A DNA stretch of 64,000 nucleotides. Origin: Octopus bimaculoides. Its lineage: Eukaryota. Location: positions 157,434,471-157,498,470 of the forward strand of contig NC_068983.1 of assembly GCF_001194135.2 (NCBI RefSeq). The letters are read 5' to 3'. Positions 63,065 through 64,000 of the stretch are shown in pieces (within the stretch, counting starts at the first letter, position 1; each line of letters opens with the position of its first letter). The notes under the pieces are model-generated. The model saw nothing but the letters and a program-made list of their open reading frames with translations, made no database searches and was not told the DNA's origin. Both the position numbers and the translations under genes were made by a program.

Positions 63065-63800
63065 GGTGTCTGGTGCGGGGAAAGGTTTTCTCGAGTCGAG
63101 AAACAATTTCTAGAGACGTTAGTTTTAACATTCAAAGAAAAGTACAAGCCGTACCAAAGCATCTGGCTTCTCCTCCGCTTACCCCCGGAGTGGGCCATTT
63201 CGCCTATGGGGTGGAGGATGGGAGGGGGTCCTCGATTCACTACCCAAAGGGATATGTTCTGGGTGTCAACTCGTACTGAGTGGAAGCGGGACTACGGCCC
63301 CATTAACCCAATCTCGCCGCAATTAACAAGCCAGAGGTTCCCGTGGGACCTGATGGGTCACGTTTTCGTCCCGCTAAAGATTTCACTGTCAATGGTGATG
63401 AGTCCGTATTCCCACCAACTGTTTGGATCGGCAGCGGAGTTACTCGATCTGCGTTGGATAGACAAATGTTCCTTACAATTCCACCACTAGTGCTCTCGAT
63501 TCCTATACAATCTTTGCAGGCCAGTTTTGGTTTCGTTTCTGGAATAAACTTAATACTGTCTTTATAACCAGCTCCCCTGAGAGCCTCATAATATTCTGCA
63601 TTATTGTATAATATACGATCGTTGGCAGAAAGGCTGAAGATTCTAATCGATATTCCTTACCAAGACATTGATGACGTATCTAGGATAGCATGATTGCCTA
63701 TGAACGTAATGGAGGCTCTCTTTAAGTTTATTATACAGAAAATACAGTCGCGAGTCTAATCTAAAGTGATGCCGAGAAAGTTAACCCTTCTACTGCAATT
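63065..63800 (-). pseudogene. Penelope-like retroelement remnant (end of RT and linker)
   Basis: Minus-strand frames: RVNFLGITLD*, LYNKLKESLHYVHRQSCYPRYVI, ISIRIFSLSANDRILYNNAEYYEALRGAGYKDSIKF, then KRRRSQMLWYGLYFSLNVKTNV and LEKTFP. These match the PLE pattern NFLDVTLD..Y.KPN....YI...SNHP...I..R.S.LS......Y..AL...GY...R...WFNPP.S.NVKTN recalled from invertebrate PLEs. Confidence 0.75.
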
Positions 63801-64000
63801 CAAAGCAGAATCATTATCTGCGAATGTTTCTACGTAAAATAAAAATATATAAGAAAGAAATATATGTGAAAAACGGAAAAAAAAGGTAGGGCGGGAATTG
63901 AAATTTTGAATTACTGATTTTTTGACATAATCGGAACCTCCGTTGCAGACAACATCGAAACTGAAAAAGAAAAGGAAAAAAATGCGAAAATTCCAAAGAT

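Noticed and set aside
63206-63567. Plus-strand ORFs, a possible antizyme-type frameshift or hammerhead
   Set aside because: No antizyme UCC-UGA context and no complete hammerhead core; the minus strand explains the region as a Penelope-like remnant.

Overview
Eukaryotic, AT-rich, repeat-dense scaffold segment with about a dozen N-gaps. The repeat families and intron style suggest an octopus/coleoid cephalopod (inference). It holds two convergent spliced genes that the ORF track only shows in fragments. (1) The last 19 coding exons of cytoplasmic dynein 1 heavy chain on + (65-18294; 783 C-terminal residues, all introns GT-AG, frame continuous to TAA). (2) A complete 9-coding-exon adenosine deaminase (ADA1-type, 336 aa) on - (55088-38979), with all metal and catalytic residues present. 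The ~20 kb between the stop codons, and the introns, carry decayed transposons: hAT elements and MITEs with 8-bp TSDs, a mariner with TIRs, maT (DD37D) derivatives, Tigger, a Helitron, piggyBac-type MITEs, a Merlin-like MITE, RTE-like LINE fragments, tRNA-derived SINEs and a Penelope-like retroelement at the right end. I found no convincing novel multi-gene system. The best leads are candidate A-to-I recoding sites in dynein, unusual ADA active-site-adjacent residues and several odd transposon architectures. Comparisons with human proteins and element families are from memory and were not run as alignments.
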